From Flavobacteriaceae bacterium (GTDB lineage: Bacteria > Bacteroidota > Bacteroidia > Flavobacteriales > Flavobacteriaceae): DNA of 64,000 nt. Below the pieces are notes generated by a model that was not told where the DNA came from, did no database searches, and saw only the letters and a list, made by a program, of their open reading frames with translations. Within the stretch, counting starts at the first letter, position 1. Each line of letters starts with the position of its first letter. The translations under genes and the position numbers were made by a program. Below, in pieces: positions 30,026-39,376 of the stretch. The stretch spans positions 3,804-67,803 of the forward strand of contig JAQWNZ010000057.1 of assembly GCA_029246125.1 (NCBI GenBank), written 5' to 3'.

Positions 30026-31210
30026 ATGGAAATATTATCAGAAAGAATTAACAGTTTACCTGTATCGGCAACGCTGGCAATGGCAGCAAAAGCTAGAGAG
30101 TTAAAAAACCAAGGAATTGACATTATCGGACTCAGTTTAGGAGAGCCTGACTTTAATACTCCTGAATTTATCAAAGAAGCTGCTGTGCAGGCCGTAAACG
30201 ATAACTGGAATTCCTATTCTCCGGTTGATGGTTATGCAGACCTAAAAAAAGTGGTATGTGATAAATTCAAACGAGATAACAAGTTAACTTATGAACCGTC
30301 ACAAATTGTTGTTTCAACTGGTGCTAAACAATCTATTGCCAATGTATGCATGGTTCTTTTGAACCCTGGAGACGAAGTGCTTCTTCCTGCTCCCTATTGG
30401 GTAAGCTATTCAGCAATTGCAACTTTGGCTGAGGCAAAATCAATTATTATTCCTTCAAGTATTGAAACCAATTTTAAAATTACCCCTGAGCAGTTGGAAG
30501 CAGCTATTACTCCAAATACAAAATTAATTATGTTCAATTCGCCCAATAATCCAAGCGGTTCAATTTATACTGAGGATGAATACAAAGCACTAGCTAGAGT
30601 TCTAGAAAATTACCCGGAGATATTTATTCTTTCTGATGAAATTTACGAACACATCAATTACGGCACTCCACATTTTAGTTTTGCAAGAATTGCATCATTG
30701 TACGATCGAACCATTACCGTAAATGGTGTTGCAAAAGCCTTTGCTATGACCGGATGGCGCATTGGATATATTGGGGCTCCTGAATGGATTGCAAAAGCTT
30801 GTAATAAAATGCAAGGTCAAATAACCAGTGGAGCCAATTGCATAGCGCAAAGAGCAACCATTGCAGCAATTTCAGCTCCAGTAAGTAAAATCCAATACAT
30901 GGTTGATGAATTTTTTGCCCGACGTGAAATAATAATCAAATTATTAAATGAAATTCCTGGTTTCAGAGTCAACCAACCCCAAGGAGCTTTTTACGTATTC
31001 CCTGATATTTCATATTATTTCGGAAAAAAAATAGGTGAAAGAAGGATTAAAAATGCATCAGATTTTGCTTTATTTTTACTCGAAGAGGCACATGTTGCAA
31101 CAGTTACAGGTGAAGCCTTTGGAAATGATAATTGTATTCGCATCTCATATGCAGCATCAGAAAAAAATATTCGAACTGCTGTTAGTAGAATTGCAAATGC
31201 TTTAAATTAA
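30026..31210 (+). CDS. aspartate/aromatic-type PLP-dependent aminotransferase
   Basis: LSLGEPDF, NSPNNPSG and PLP-lysine context NGVAKAFAMTGWRIGY, typical of class I AspAT. Confidence 0.85.
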   Translation: MEILSERINSLPVSATLAMAAKARELKNQGIDIIGLSLGEPDFNTPEFIKEAAVQAVNDNWNSYSPVDGYADLKKVVCDKFKRDNKLTYEPSQIVVSTGAKQSIANVCMVLLNPGDEVLLPAPYWVSYSAIATLAEAKSIIIPSSIETNFKITPEQLEAAITPNTKLIMFNSPNNPSGSIYTEDEYKALARVLENYPEIFILSDEIYEHINYGTPHFSFARIASLYDRTITVNGVAKAFAMTGWRIGYIGAPEWIAKACNKMQGQITSGANCIAQRATIAAISAPVSKIQYMVDEFFARREIIIKLLNEIPGFRVNQPQGAFYVFPDISYYFGKKIGERRIKNASDFALFLLEEAHVATVTGEAFGNDNCIRISYAASEKNIRTAVSRIANALN

Positions 31211-31254
31211 AAAGTTTAATTTTCAATTTATCTATATGCCAGCTAAGCTTCAAA

Positions 31255-31830
31255 TTACTCTTTTACTTTAAGATAATTATAGTAATTTACTAAGGCCAAT
31301 TGATGCCAAGGAATTACAAAAAATATGCCAACAAAAAGGCAGAGAATACCCAGAAGATACCAAGGAATAAAACGAAGATGAAGTTCAAAAATCTCCATCT
31401 TGTTACCTTCAGTAAGTTTCCAACTTTTTTTTAGAATTTGTTCAATAGTCAATTCAGGCTCCTCAATAAAGATATAGTAACTCATTGATAAGCCAAGGGC
31501 AATAATTATACCAGGAATCACAAGAAGAATGAACCCAAATAATGTGAATATAGATATCACAAAATAAAGTAATAAAACTTTTAATAGAGGCTTAAAACCT
31601 TCAACTAGATTTTCTATTGAAGCAGGTTTATCATAGAAAATATTCAGGAAATAAATACTCATACCCAACTGAAGGGGGCCTGCCAGTAATAAAGATAAAA
31701 AATTCCCATAGGTATTTAATTCTGAAGGTAATCCTACCAACAAACCATAGATTAAACAAATTAAAGTTGCAATTAACCAATGTTCTTTGAGCTTTTCTCT
31801 TGATTCACGCATTAAGTCAAGTAAATTCAT
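31255..31830 (-). CDS. DUF975-like integral membrane protein
   Basis: 191-aa protein with several TM segments. The N-terminal RESREKLKEHW...LIYGLL pattern resembles DUF975. Family assignment from memory only. Confidence 0.45.
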   Translation of the reverse strand: MNLLDLMRESREKLKEHWLIATLICLIYGLLVGLPSELNTYGNFLSLLLAGPLQLGMSIYFLNIFYDKPASIENLVEGFKPLLKVLLLYFVISIFTLFGFILLVIPGIIIALGLSMSYYIFIEEPELTIEQILKKSWKLTEGNKMEIFELHLRFIPWYLLGILCLFVGIFFVIPWHQLALVNYYNYLKVKE

Positions 31831-31869
31831 TTTTTTTAATTTATTAAATTGGAATAAAAATAATCTAGC

Positions 31870-32952
31870 TTAGGTATTAAGTATTTTTTCTTGTTTATTG
31901 ATCGATTCTTGATGAATTGCCTTAAAAACTCTTAGGATGAATTCTTCTGAAAGTTGACGTTCCTGACCCTCCAAAATCATCTTCCCCAAAATTTCATTCC
32001 ATCGCTTATTTTGAAGTACCGCAACATTATTTGATTTTTTTAGGGCTCCTATTTCTAAAGCTACGTTCATTCTCTTGCCTAAAGTGTCCAATAAAGTCTG
32101 GTCAACAACATCAATCTGTGCTCTTAAGTTATTCAATTCGTTCTGATATGCTTCTTCATCGGTCGTCTTTTCACGAACTTTCAAATCACGCATAATTTCT
32201 ACTAAACGAGATGGGGTTACCTGTTGTGCTGAATCACTCCATGCATTATCAGGGTCCCAATGAGTCTCTATCATAAGCCCATCAAAATTAAGATCTAAAG
32301 CAGCTTGTGAAATATCAAAAATTAAATCTCTTCTGCCTGCAATATGTGACGGATCACATATGATAGGTAAATCAGGAAACTTATTTTTTACCTCAATAGC
32401 AATTTGCCATTCAGGAATATTACGGTATTTAGTTTTTTCATAAGTAGAAAAACCTCGATGAATCAAACCAAGTCTATTAATTTTTGAAGAGTAGAGACGT
32501 TCAACGCCGCCAAGCCAAAGTGCCAAGTCTGGGTTTACTGGATTTTTTACCAAAACTATTTTGTCGGTACCCTCTAAAGCATCTGCAATTTCTTGCATAA
32601 TAAATGGACTTACTGTAGATCGTGCTCCTATCCAAAGAATATCAACATCATTTTCCAAAGCTAATTTCACGTGATCTTTGTTAGCAACTTCTGTCGCTGT
32701 TAATAAACCAGTTTCTTCTTTCACTTTTTTTAACCAGCCAAGACCAATTGCACCAACTCCTTCAAACATTCCAGGACGTGTTCTGGGTTTCCATATCCCT
32801 GCACGATATACAGTGACATCTGTGTTTTTTAGTTCATGGGCTATTTTTAGAACTTGTTCCTCTGTTTCAGCACTGCATGGACCTCCAATAACCAAAGGGT
32901 GGTCTAATGCAAAATTATCGAGCCATTGGCGCATTTTCTTGTTATTTTCCAT
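31870..32952 (-). CDS. bifunctional 3-deoxy-7-phosphoheptulonate synthase / chorismate mutase type II
   Basis: N-terminal KDSA/AroA-type DAHP synthase (GPCSAE, CDPSH) fused to a C-terminal chorismate mutase helix bundle (LRAQIDVVDQTLLDTLGKRM...). Confidence 0.87.
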   Translation of the reverse strand: MENNKKMRQWLDNFALDHPLVIGGPCSAETEEQVLKIAHELKNTDVTVYRAGIWKPRTRPGMFEGVGAIGLGWLKKVKEETGLLTATEVANKDHVKLALENDVDILWIGARSTVSPFIMQEIADALEGTDKIVLVKNPVNPDLALWLGGVERLYSSKINRLGLIHRGFSTYEKTKYRNIPEWQIAIEVKNKFPDLPIICDPSHIAGRRDLIFDISQAALDLNFDGLMIETHWDPDNAWSDSAQQVTPSRLVEIMRDLKVREKTTDEEAYQNELNNLRAQIDVVDQTLLDTLGKRMNVALEIGALKKSNNVAVLQNKRWNEILGKMILEGQERQLSEEFILRVFKAIHQESINKQEKILNT

Positions 32953-32974
32953 AGTGTTAAATTTTAATTCTTAA

Positions 32975-33835
32975 TTAAGTTTTTGATTCAGGTATGCCTT
33001 TTAAAATTTTCTTTATTGAGTTAATATCTTTAATTTGTTTATGCATTTCAGACCACTCTTTATTTTCTAAAAGTGATTTAAATTGTTCTAGATTAGCAAT
33101 ATACTCATTGAGAACCTCTAAAATATTCTCATTATTCTGTTTAAAAATAGGAGTCCACATTTCAGGTGAACTTTTAGCCAATCGTACTGTGGAAGCGAAT
33201 CCACTGCCTGCCATATCAAAAATTGCTTTCTCATCATCTTCCTTTTCCATTACGGTTTTTCCTAACATAAAAGAGGATACGTGAGAAATATGGGAAACAT
33301 AAGCAATATGTTGATCATGTTCTTTTGGGTCCATTTTTTGAATATTCATATTAATAGAGCGGAAAAACTGAATTGCCCATTCTAATAAATCAGGACGTGT
33401 TTTTTCAGTTTCACAAAGAATCTGTGTTTTGTTATCATATAAATCTGCGAATGCTGCCAAAGGGCCTGAAAACTCCGTTCCAGCTATTGGATGTGTTCCT
33501 AAAAACTGATTTCTTTTTGGATGTAATTCGACCATTTTACAAATTGAGTATTTCGTAGAACCTGCATCAAATAGAAGTGCATTGTCATTAATCTTATCTA
33601 ATAGATTCAAGACAATGTCGGTAGCAGCATCAACAGGTACAGCTAAAATTAAAATATCCATTTTTGCATAATCTTTTGACTTTAACTCATAGTCAATAAT
33701 CCCTTTTTCGATAGCTTCTTTTATATTGTTTGTCTTTTTGTCTACTCCAAAAAGCACAACATCAGTTATATGTTTTTTTGCTGCTAAAGCAAAAGAACCT
33801 CCTATCAACCCCAGACCAATCACTCCTATATTCAT
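32975..33835 (-). CDS. tyrA: prephenate dehydrogenase
   Basis: Rossmann motif IGVIGLGLIGGS and HPIAG catalytic-His context. Confidence 0.87.
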   Translation of the reverse strand: MNIGVIGLGLIGGSFALAAKKHITDVVLFGVDKKTNNIKEAIEKGIIDYELKSKDYAKMDILILAVPVDAATDIVLNLLDKINDNALLFDAGSTKYSICKMVELHPKRNQFLGTHPIAGTEFSGPLAAFADLYDNKTQILCETEKTRPDLLEWAIQFFRSINMNIQKMDPKEHDQHIAYVSHISHVSSFMLGKTVMEKEDDEKAIFDMAGSGFASTVRLAKSSPEMWTPIFKQNNENILEVLNEYIANLEQFKSLLENKEWSEMHKQIKDINSIKKILKGIPESKT

Positions 33836-34983
33836 TAATCAAATCGATTTAAAACTTCTTCAATAATTTGTTCGCTTACACATAATGAAAATCGAATGTA
33901 TCCTTCACCTTGACTCCCAAATATTGTCCCAGGAGTAATGAAAACATGCTTTTCATTTAATATTTTATCAATAAAAGCTTCCGAATCCAATCTTCCTGAA
34001 GGTAGTCTTGCCCAAACAAATAAACCCTTACTAGTTGGATCAAATTTGGTTTCTAATCTTGTAGCCAATTTTTCAACTAAATTTCTTCGCCTACGATATA
34101 TTTCATTTAACTTTTTGAACCAAGAAGTCTCCATTTTTAAAGCAGCTATGGCACCTTGTTGGATTCCAAAAAACATTCCAGAATCCATATTACTTTTAAC
34201 TTTTAGTACCGCTTGAACCGTCTCAGCTTTTCCACAAAGCATACCTACTCTCCAACCAGCCATATTGAAGGACTTACTTAAAGAGTTTAATTCTATTGCA
34301 ATTTCTTTGGCGTCAGGAAGCGATAAAATACTTTGAGGTTTATCAGTCAGCACAAAACTATACGGATTATCATTGACCAATAAAATATCATTTTGTTTTG
34401 CCCAACGAATTAAACGTTGAAGGGTATTGACATCAAAATCTGATCCTGTAGGCATATGAGGATAATTAACCCACATAATTTTAATCTTGGAGGTATCCAA
34501 AGATTCTAATTCTTTAAAATCAGGTTGCCAGTTAGCAACTTCTGAAAGTGAATAAAAGATTGGTTCTGTCTCTAACAATCGGCTTACAGAGGCATAAGTT
34601 GGATAGCCAGGGTTAGGAATTAAAACCTGATCTCCTGGATTGAGGAATGCCATTGAAATATGCATAATTCCTTCTTTAGATCCCATTAAAGGTAAGACCT
34701 CAGTATTTGGATCCAGAACAACTTGGTAATGTGTTTTGTAAAACTCACTGATTCCTTTTCTTAGCTCTGGTAGACCCTTATAGCTTTGGTACATATGTGC
34801 CCTAGAATTTGTAAGAGCATTTTGTAAAGCTTCTATAACGCTTGAATGAGCTGGCAAATCCGGGCTTCCAATACCCATATTGATTATTGGTTGGCCCTCA
34901 CTAATACGTTTTTCTACCTCTCTCAACTTTCTGGAAAAGTAGTATTCTTCAACACTTTTTAAACGTTTAGCCGTATCTCTCAT
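33835..34983 (-). CDS. PLP-dependent aminotransferase of the aromatic amino acid operon
   Basis: Class I aminotransferase (MGIGSPD, NYPHMPTG, PLP-lysine context SLSKSFNMAGWRVG). Translationally coupled to pheA (4-nt overlap) and tyrA (1-nt overlap). Confidence 0.82.
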   Translation of the reverse strand: MRDTAKRLKSVEEYYFSRKLREVEKRISEGQPIINMGIGSPDLPAHSSVIEALQNALTNSRAHMYQSYKGLPELRKGISEFYKTHYQVVLDPNTEVLPLMGSKEGIMHISMAFLNPGDQVLIPNPGYPTYASVSRLLETEPIFYSLSEVANWQPDFKELESLDTSKIKIMWVNYPHMPTGSDFDVNTLQRLIRWAKQNDILLVNDNPYSFVLTDKPQSILSLPDAKEIAIELNSLSKSFNMAGWRVGMLCGKAETVQAVLKVKSNMDSGMFFGIQQGAIAALKMETSWFKKLNEIYRRRRNLVEKLATRLETKFDPTSKGLFVWARLPSGRLDSEAFIDKILNEKHVFITPGTIFGSQGEGYIRFSLCVSEQIIEEVLNRFD

Positions 34984-35813
34984 ATTTGGTGTTGGCGATA
35001 TTCGCCTAATATTTTAAATTCAGAGGCCATAATGGCAATCAATTTTCTTGCTTTTTCATAATGTGTAAAATCTTCAAAAGTTACATCAACAAAAAATGCA
35101 TATTTCCCTGGAGTTTTAACAACAGGTAGGGATTGAATTTTGGTTAGATTTAATTGACAATCACTCATTACGTTTAGAACGGCTGCAAGACTTCCTCTTT
35201 GGTGATCTAATTTAAATTTTAAAGATGCTTTGTTGATTGATTCCTTTGCAATCAATTGTCCACTATTTTGAATAATTACAAAGCGTGTCACATTATTTAT
35301 AATTGTTTGAATCGATGAGGCTAATACTTGCATACCATAAAAATCAGCAGCTTCTTGACTTGCGATCGCTCCAATTCCATGAAGTTTATTTTCAGAAATT
35401 CTTTTTGCCTCATCTGCTGTATCTTCGGCCTCTACTAAACGAATATTAGGATATTGATGAAAAAAATCCTTACACTGGAGTAAAGCCATTGGATGAGAAT
35501 GAACTTCCTTTATATCTTCTATTTTTTGACCTGGGAATGCCATCAATTGATGATTTATACTCAAACTATATTCCCCTATAATCTGTAATTGGTTTCTGTC
35601 AATTAAGGCATAATTGGGAATTATAGATCCTGCAATAGAATTTTCAATCGCCATTACTGCTTGATCTGCAGCACCATTCAAAAGTGCTTTTACACTGTCA
35701 TCAAAGGTCTCACGCACTACCAATTCAAAATTAGTTTTGTAATATTTCTTTACCACAACGTGGTGAAAAGACCATAGGTTTCCTTGTATTGCTATTTTTT
35801 GATTTTTTTTCAT
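34980..35813 (-). CDS. pheA: prephenate dehydratase (PDT + ACT domains)
   Basis: IAIQG...SF N-terminus, TRF motif (NVTRFVII), C-terminal ACT domain. The track start 35822 is a TTG inside the upstream U-tract, so ATG 35813 is preferred. Confidence 0.9.
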   Translation of the reverse strand: MKKNQKIAIQGNLWSFHHVVVKKYYKTNFELVVRETFDDSVKALLNGAADQAVMAIENSIAGSIIPNYALIDRNQLQIIGEYSLSINHQLMAFPGQKIEDIKEVHSHPMALLQCKDFFHQYPNIRLVEAEDTADEAKRISENKLHGIGAIASQEAADFYGMQVLASSIQTIINNVTRFVIIQNSGQLIAKESINKASLKFKLDHQRGSLAAVLNVMSDCQLNLTKIQSLPVVKTPGKYAFFVDVTFEDFTHYEKARKLIAIMASEFKILGEYRQHQI

Positions 35814-35820
35814 TGTATTC

Positions 35821-35849
35821 AAAAAAAAAGTCCCGAAAAAATCAGGACT
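35821..35849 (-). terminator. intrinsic terminator (attenuator) immediately upstream of pheA
   Basis: Minus strand AGUCCUG-AUUUUUU-CGGGACU (7 bp including one G.U) followed by U8. It ends 7 nt before the pheA ATG. Confidence 0.6.
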
Positions 35850-35872
35850 CTTTAATATATTTTATAATCAAC

Positions 35873-35944
35873 TTAATACAAGGTCCGTTTATACTCGTTG
35901 TAAAAGTAATACAAGAAATTGTAATAAGTATTTAAGTTTTTCAT
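35873..35944 (-). CDS. aromatic-rich leader peptide MKNLNTYYNFLYYFYNEYKRTLY (23 aa)
   Basis: My own translation of the minus strand: ATG at 35944, TAA at 35875-35873. It has 7 Tyr and 2 Phe codons, and sits between a consensus promoter and the terminator. Confidence 0.6.
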   Translation of the reverse strand: MKNLNTYYNFLYYFYNEYKRTLY

Positions 35945-35960
35945 AACTATTAAAACGTGA

Positions 35961-35990
35961 CAAATGTAGCATTGCTTTTTATAAAAACAA
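35961..35990 (-). promoter_or_regulatory. candidate promoter TTG-N19-TACATTTG driving the leader/pheA operon
   Basis: Minus strand TTG (35990-35988) and TACATTTG (35968-35961), 16 nt upstream of the leader ATG. Confidence 0.5.
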
Positions 35991-36111
35991 ACTCTTACAT
36001 GTTTTTTTTAGTTTTTTTGCTAGAAAAAAAACCGATAACTAAAATTTGAATCGAAAAAACTATCTTACCCTTCTAAAATTAATTTAATGAGAAGGCTCTT
36101 AATGGTATGAA

Positions 36112-36987
36112 ATGAAAAACAACTACAGACATTTTATACTTTTGAATTCTGCAATGTTGTGTATCTCCACTTCAGGAGCTCTGGGGCGCTTTATCAGTTT
36201 ACCCCCACCACTAACGATTTGGTCTCGAGCTGTTGTTGCTTTTATTCTGCTATTGGGTTATTTACTTTTGAAAAAAAAGAGAATACGAATCAACTATCAA
36301 AAAGAAGGAGGAGTCACAATACTAAGTGGTATTTTAATGGCGGGGCATTGGGTTACTTATTTTTTTGCGCTTCAATGGAGCTCAGTTGCTATTGGCATGC
36401 TTTCACTTTTTACCTATCCAATGGTAACTGTATTACTCGAACCTTTTTTCTTTGATTTACGCTATCAAAAAAGACACTTACTACTTGGCTTAATGATTAT
36501 GGCAGGTGTCTATTTTTTGGTGCCTAGCTTTGAATTAGACAATACTGTCACTCAAGGAGTTTTGATGGGGATACTGTCCTCTATTTGTTACTCGGTAAGA
36601 AATCTTTTGATGAAACAAAAAATTACTTCAATAAATAGTTCTGTATTAATGCTTTATCAAATGGGGGTAACTCTAATTATTCTGCTTCCTGCAATAGTAA
36701 AATTTGAAGTGAACTCATACATCACAAACCTTCCCTATATATTGATTCTAGGGGTCCTAACTACGGCTATTGGGCATACACTATTTCTCAACAGTTTTAA
36801 AAAATTCTCGATTGGAACCGTGAGTATCATGAGTGGTATTCAACCCATATATGGTATTCTACTAGGATTTCTTTTTCTCAATGAAATTCCATCTGGACGA
36901 AGTATTATAGGGGGTATTTTAATCATATTAACAGTTTTAATAGAACAAAAAAGTACCCAAACAGCCTCAAAAAATAAGTATATTTAA
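36112..36987 (+). CDS. EamA/DMT-family transporter
   Basis: 291 aa with about 10 TM segments arranged as two EamA-like halves. Confidence 0.75.
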   Translation: MKNNYRHFILLNSAMLCISTSGALGRFISLPPPLTIWSRAVVAFILLLGYLLLKKKRIRINYQKEGGVTILSGILMAGHWVTYFFALQWSSVAIGMLSLFTYPMVTVLLEPFFFDLRYQKRHLLLGLMIMAGVYFLVPSFELDNTVTQGVLMGILSSICYSVRNLLMKQKITSINSSVLMLYQMGVTLIILLPAIVKFEVNSYITNLPYILILGVLTTAIGHTLFLNSFKKFSIGTVSIMSGIQPIYGILLGFLFLNEIPSGRSIIGGILIILTVLIEQKSTQTASKNKYI

Positions 36988-36996
36988 ACAAAAAAA

Positions 36997-37889
36997 ATGA
37001 GTTTTGTCATTACAGATGTTACTAAAAACTTTGGGAACGTTAAAGCCTTAAAAGGTGTTAGTATGGAACTCAAAAAGGGTGAAGTTGTGGGTTTGTTGGG
37101 GCCAAACGGGGCGGGCAAGTCAACACTTATGAAAATCCTTACAGGGTATTACACAAAATGGGAAGGGGACATACATTTTTTTGGTCAGGACTTGCGTACC
37201 GAACTGAGTGACATCCAAAAAAAACAGGATATCTGCCAGAAAACAACCCTCTTTACTCCGAAATGTGTGTTATTGAATACCTTAAGTTCAGTGCTGGACT
37301 CTATAATATCTCAAAGCCAAAACTTGCTGAAATAATACAAAAGACTGGTTTGGAAAATCATGCTCAAAATAAGATCTACTCCCTATCCAAAGGGTATAAA
37401 CAACGGGTAGGACTCGCTGCTGCCTTAATACATAATCCAGATGTAGTTATTTTAGATGAGCCAACTACTGGCTTAGATCCAAATCAACTTATTGAGATAC
37501 GAAAACTTATAAGGGACTTAGGAAAGGATAAAACAGTTATATTATCTACACATATACTGCAAGAAGTAGATGCAATTTGTGACAGAGTGATAATAATCAA
37601 CCAAGGGAAAATTGTTTTAGATGAATCACTCGAAAATCTTAGCAAAAATAAAGAACAAATCATAGAGGTAACTTTTGATTACCGAATCGAACAAGAGGCA
37701 TTAGTTAGGCTTCCCCAAGTCAAAAATGTTAAAAATACATATGATTTTAACTATGAAATTTATGTTAGCGGTAATGATGATCTCCGCCCTACCATCTTTG
37801 ATTTTGCAAACAAAAACGGGCTTAAAATCTTATCACTTCAATTAAAAAATGAAAGCTTGGAGACCCTTTTTAATGATTTGACTTCTTAA
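36997..37889 (+). pseudogene. gldA: gliding-motility-type ABC transporter ATP-binding protein GldA, interrupted by a -1 frameshift in an A8 run
   Basis: ORF 36997-37335 carries Walker A (GPNGAGKST). ORF 37263-37889 carries LSKGYKQRVG, Walker B VVILDEPTTGLD, the H-loop LSTH and the GldA-like tail EQIIEVTFDYRIE...LRPTIFDFANKNGLK. The frames join at A8 (37217-37224). Confidence 0.75.
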
Positions 37890-37966
37890 GATTCAATTAA
37901 AAAAAGTATAAAAATAAGAGCACTCCATCTGATTAATTTTTATTGTTATTTCAATATGATTTAAGA

Positions 37967-38392
37967 CTATACTTCTTTACCATTTAAAATTACTCTATGA
38001 TAAATTTTAGCAGTTGCCTCTAAAGTTTTTGAAACAGAACAATATTTTTCGTAGGAAAGTTTTGCAGCACGTTTTGCTTTTTCTGCCGCAAAATCACCTT
38101 CTAAGTGAATTAGAATATCAATTTGGTAAAACAAAGAAGGAACTTTATTATCGAAGCGGTGTCCTTTAACCTCCATTTTCAAAACTTTTGGATTAATTTT
38201 TTGTTTGTTTAGTATCGCCACAATGTCAATTGCACTGCATCCCGCAACACCCATAAGCAGCAATTCCATTGGACTTACCCCTTTTACTATACCACTAGTC
38301 TTTGATTTATTATCCAAAAGCACTTTGTGACCATTGGAGTTAGTTACTTCAAATAAATAATCTTCGTTAATACGTTCTAATGATACTTCCAT
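37967..38392 (-). CDS. OsmC-family protein
   Basis: PMELLLMGVAGCSAIDIV and C-terminal YCSVS cysteine contexts typical of OsmC/Ohr. 12 nt downstream of metX. Confidence 0.8.
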   Translation of the reverse strand: MEVSLERINEDYLFEVTNSNGHKVLLDNKSKTSGIVKGVSPMELLLMGVAGCSAIDIVAILNKQKINPKVLKMEVKGHRFDNKVPSLFYQIDILIHLEGDFAAEKAKRAAKLSYEKYCSVSKTLEATAKIYHRVILNGKEV

Positions 38393-38404
38393 AATAAAGG
38401 AAAT

Positions 38405-39370
38405 TTAATTTTTAAAAATTGGATTTAAAATTTTGATCATAGCATCATTTTCAATTAAAAAGGCATCATGCCCATGTATAGATATGAGCTCGTGATAGAA
38501 TATCGATTCCTTTTGATGTTTGATCATTTCATAAGTTTTTTGGTCTTCAACAGGGGTAAAAAACAAATCACTATCAACCGCAATAAGATGAATCTCCCCT
38601 TCGATTTTTTTTATTAGATCTTGAGCATTTTCTCCATTACGTTCAATATTTATTGATGCTAACAAATGGTTAACTAAAATGTAAGCATCCAAATGAAACC
38701 GTTCAGCCAACTTTTTCCCATGATGTAATAACCAACTTTCGATATTGTAAATTCCAGATTCGTCATTTATTGTTCTTTCAAATCTTTGTATAAACGACTG
38801 AGGGGTTCTATAGGTCAACATCGCATGAATGCGTGCATCTTCAAGAGGATTATTGGAGTTTTCTAAAATACGATGTTGTAAAAAAGTATTGGCTAATATC
38901 CAATCATTAGCTTTCCAATCTGCAGCAACAGGTATAATGTATTTAGCTAGTTTAGGAGCAAACACTGCCATTTCCCAAGCTATCCCACCACCAATTGATC
39001 CTCCGACTAATGCGTACAACCTACTAATCCCTAAAAGTTCGAGTCCCTTTAAAAAGAAAAGAGCAATATCACCAGTATGAAAATCATAAGCATTTGAAAA
39101 GGTTTGCCCTTTTACTCCATTACCAGGAATATTAAAAGCTAAAACTGCGTATCGATTGGTATCTATGATTTTTTTTGGGCCAACAAGTTCTTTCCACCAT
39201 CCCTTTTGACCGGCAACATTAGAGTCGCCAGTCAAGGAATGATTTATTAAAACTACTGGTGCATTATTTAATGATTGCCCAAAGTGTTGATAATATAAAT
39301 CAAGCTTTGCCAAGTAAATACCAGCATCTGTTTTTAGATCAGTTAAAGAAAGACACTTAATCGAATTCAT
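38405..39370 (-). CDS. metX: homoserine O-acetyltransferase (short alpha/beta-hydrolase form)
   Basis: Alpha/beta hydrolase with nucleophile elbow VGGSIGG and C-terminal HGHDAFL. Operon position after metY. Confidence 0.72.
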   Translation of the reverse strand: MNSIKCLSLTDLKTDAGIYLAKLDLYYQHFGQSLNNAPVVLINHSLTGDSNVAGQKGWWKELVGPKKIIDTNRYAVLAFNIPGNGVKGQTFSNAYDFHTGDIALFFLKGLELLGISRLYALVGGSIGGGIAWEMAVFAPKLAKYIIPVAADWKANDWILANTFLQHRILENSNNPLEDARIHAMLTYRTPQSFIQRFERTINDESGIYNIESWLLHHGKKLAERFHLDAYILVNHLLASINIERNGENAQDLIKKIEGEIHLIAVDSDLFFTPVEDQKTYEMIKHQKESIFYHELISIHGHDAFLIENDAMIKILNPIFKN

Positions 39371-39376
39371 TCAAAT

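Noticed and set aside
36011-36032. G-T7-GCTAG-A8-C palindrome upstream of the leader-peptide promoter
   Set aside because: The stem is pure A/U apart from the closing pair, so it would be thermodynamically negligible. It is probably just homopolymer-rich spacer.
36159-36455. 98-aa ORF overlapping the EamA transporter gene in another frame
   Set aside because: The EamA frame gives a coherent 10-TM transporter. The alternative frame has no support.
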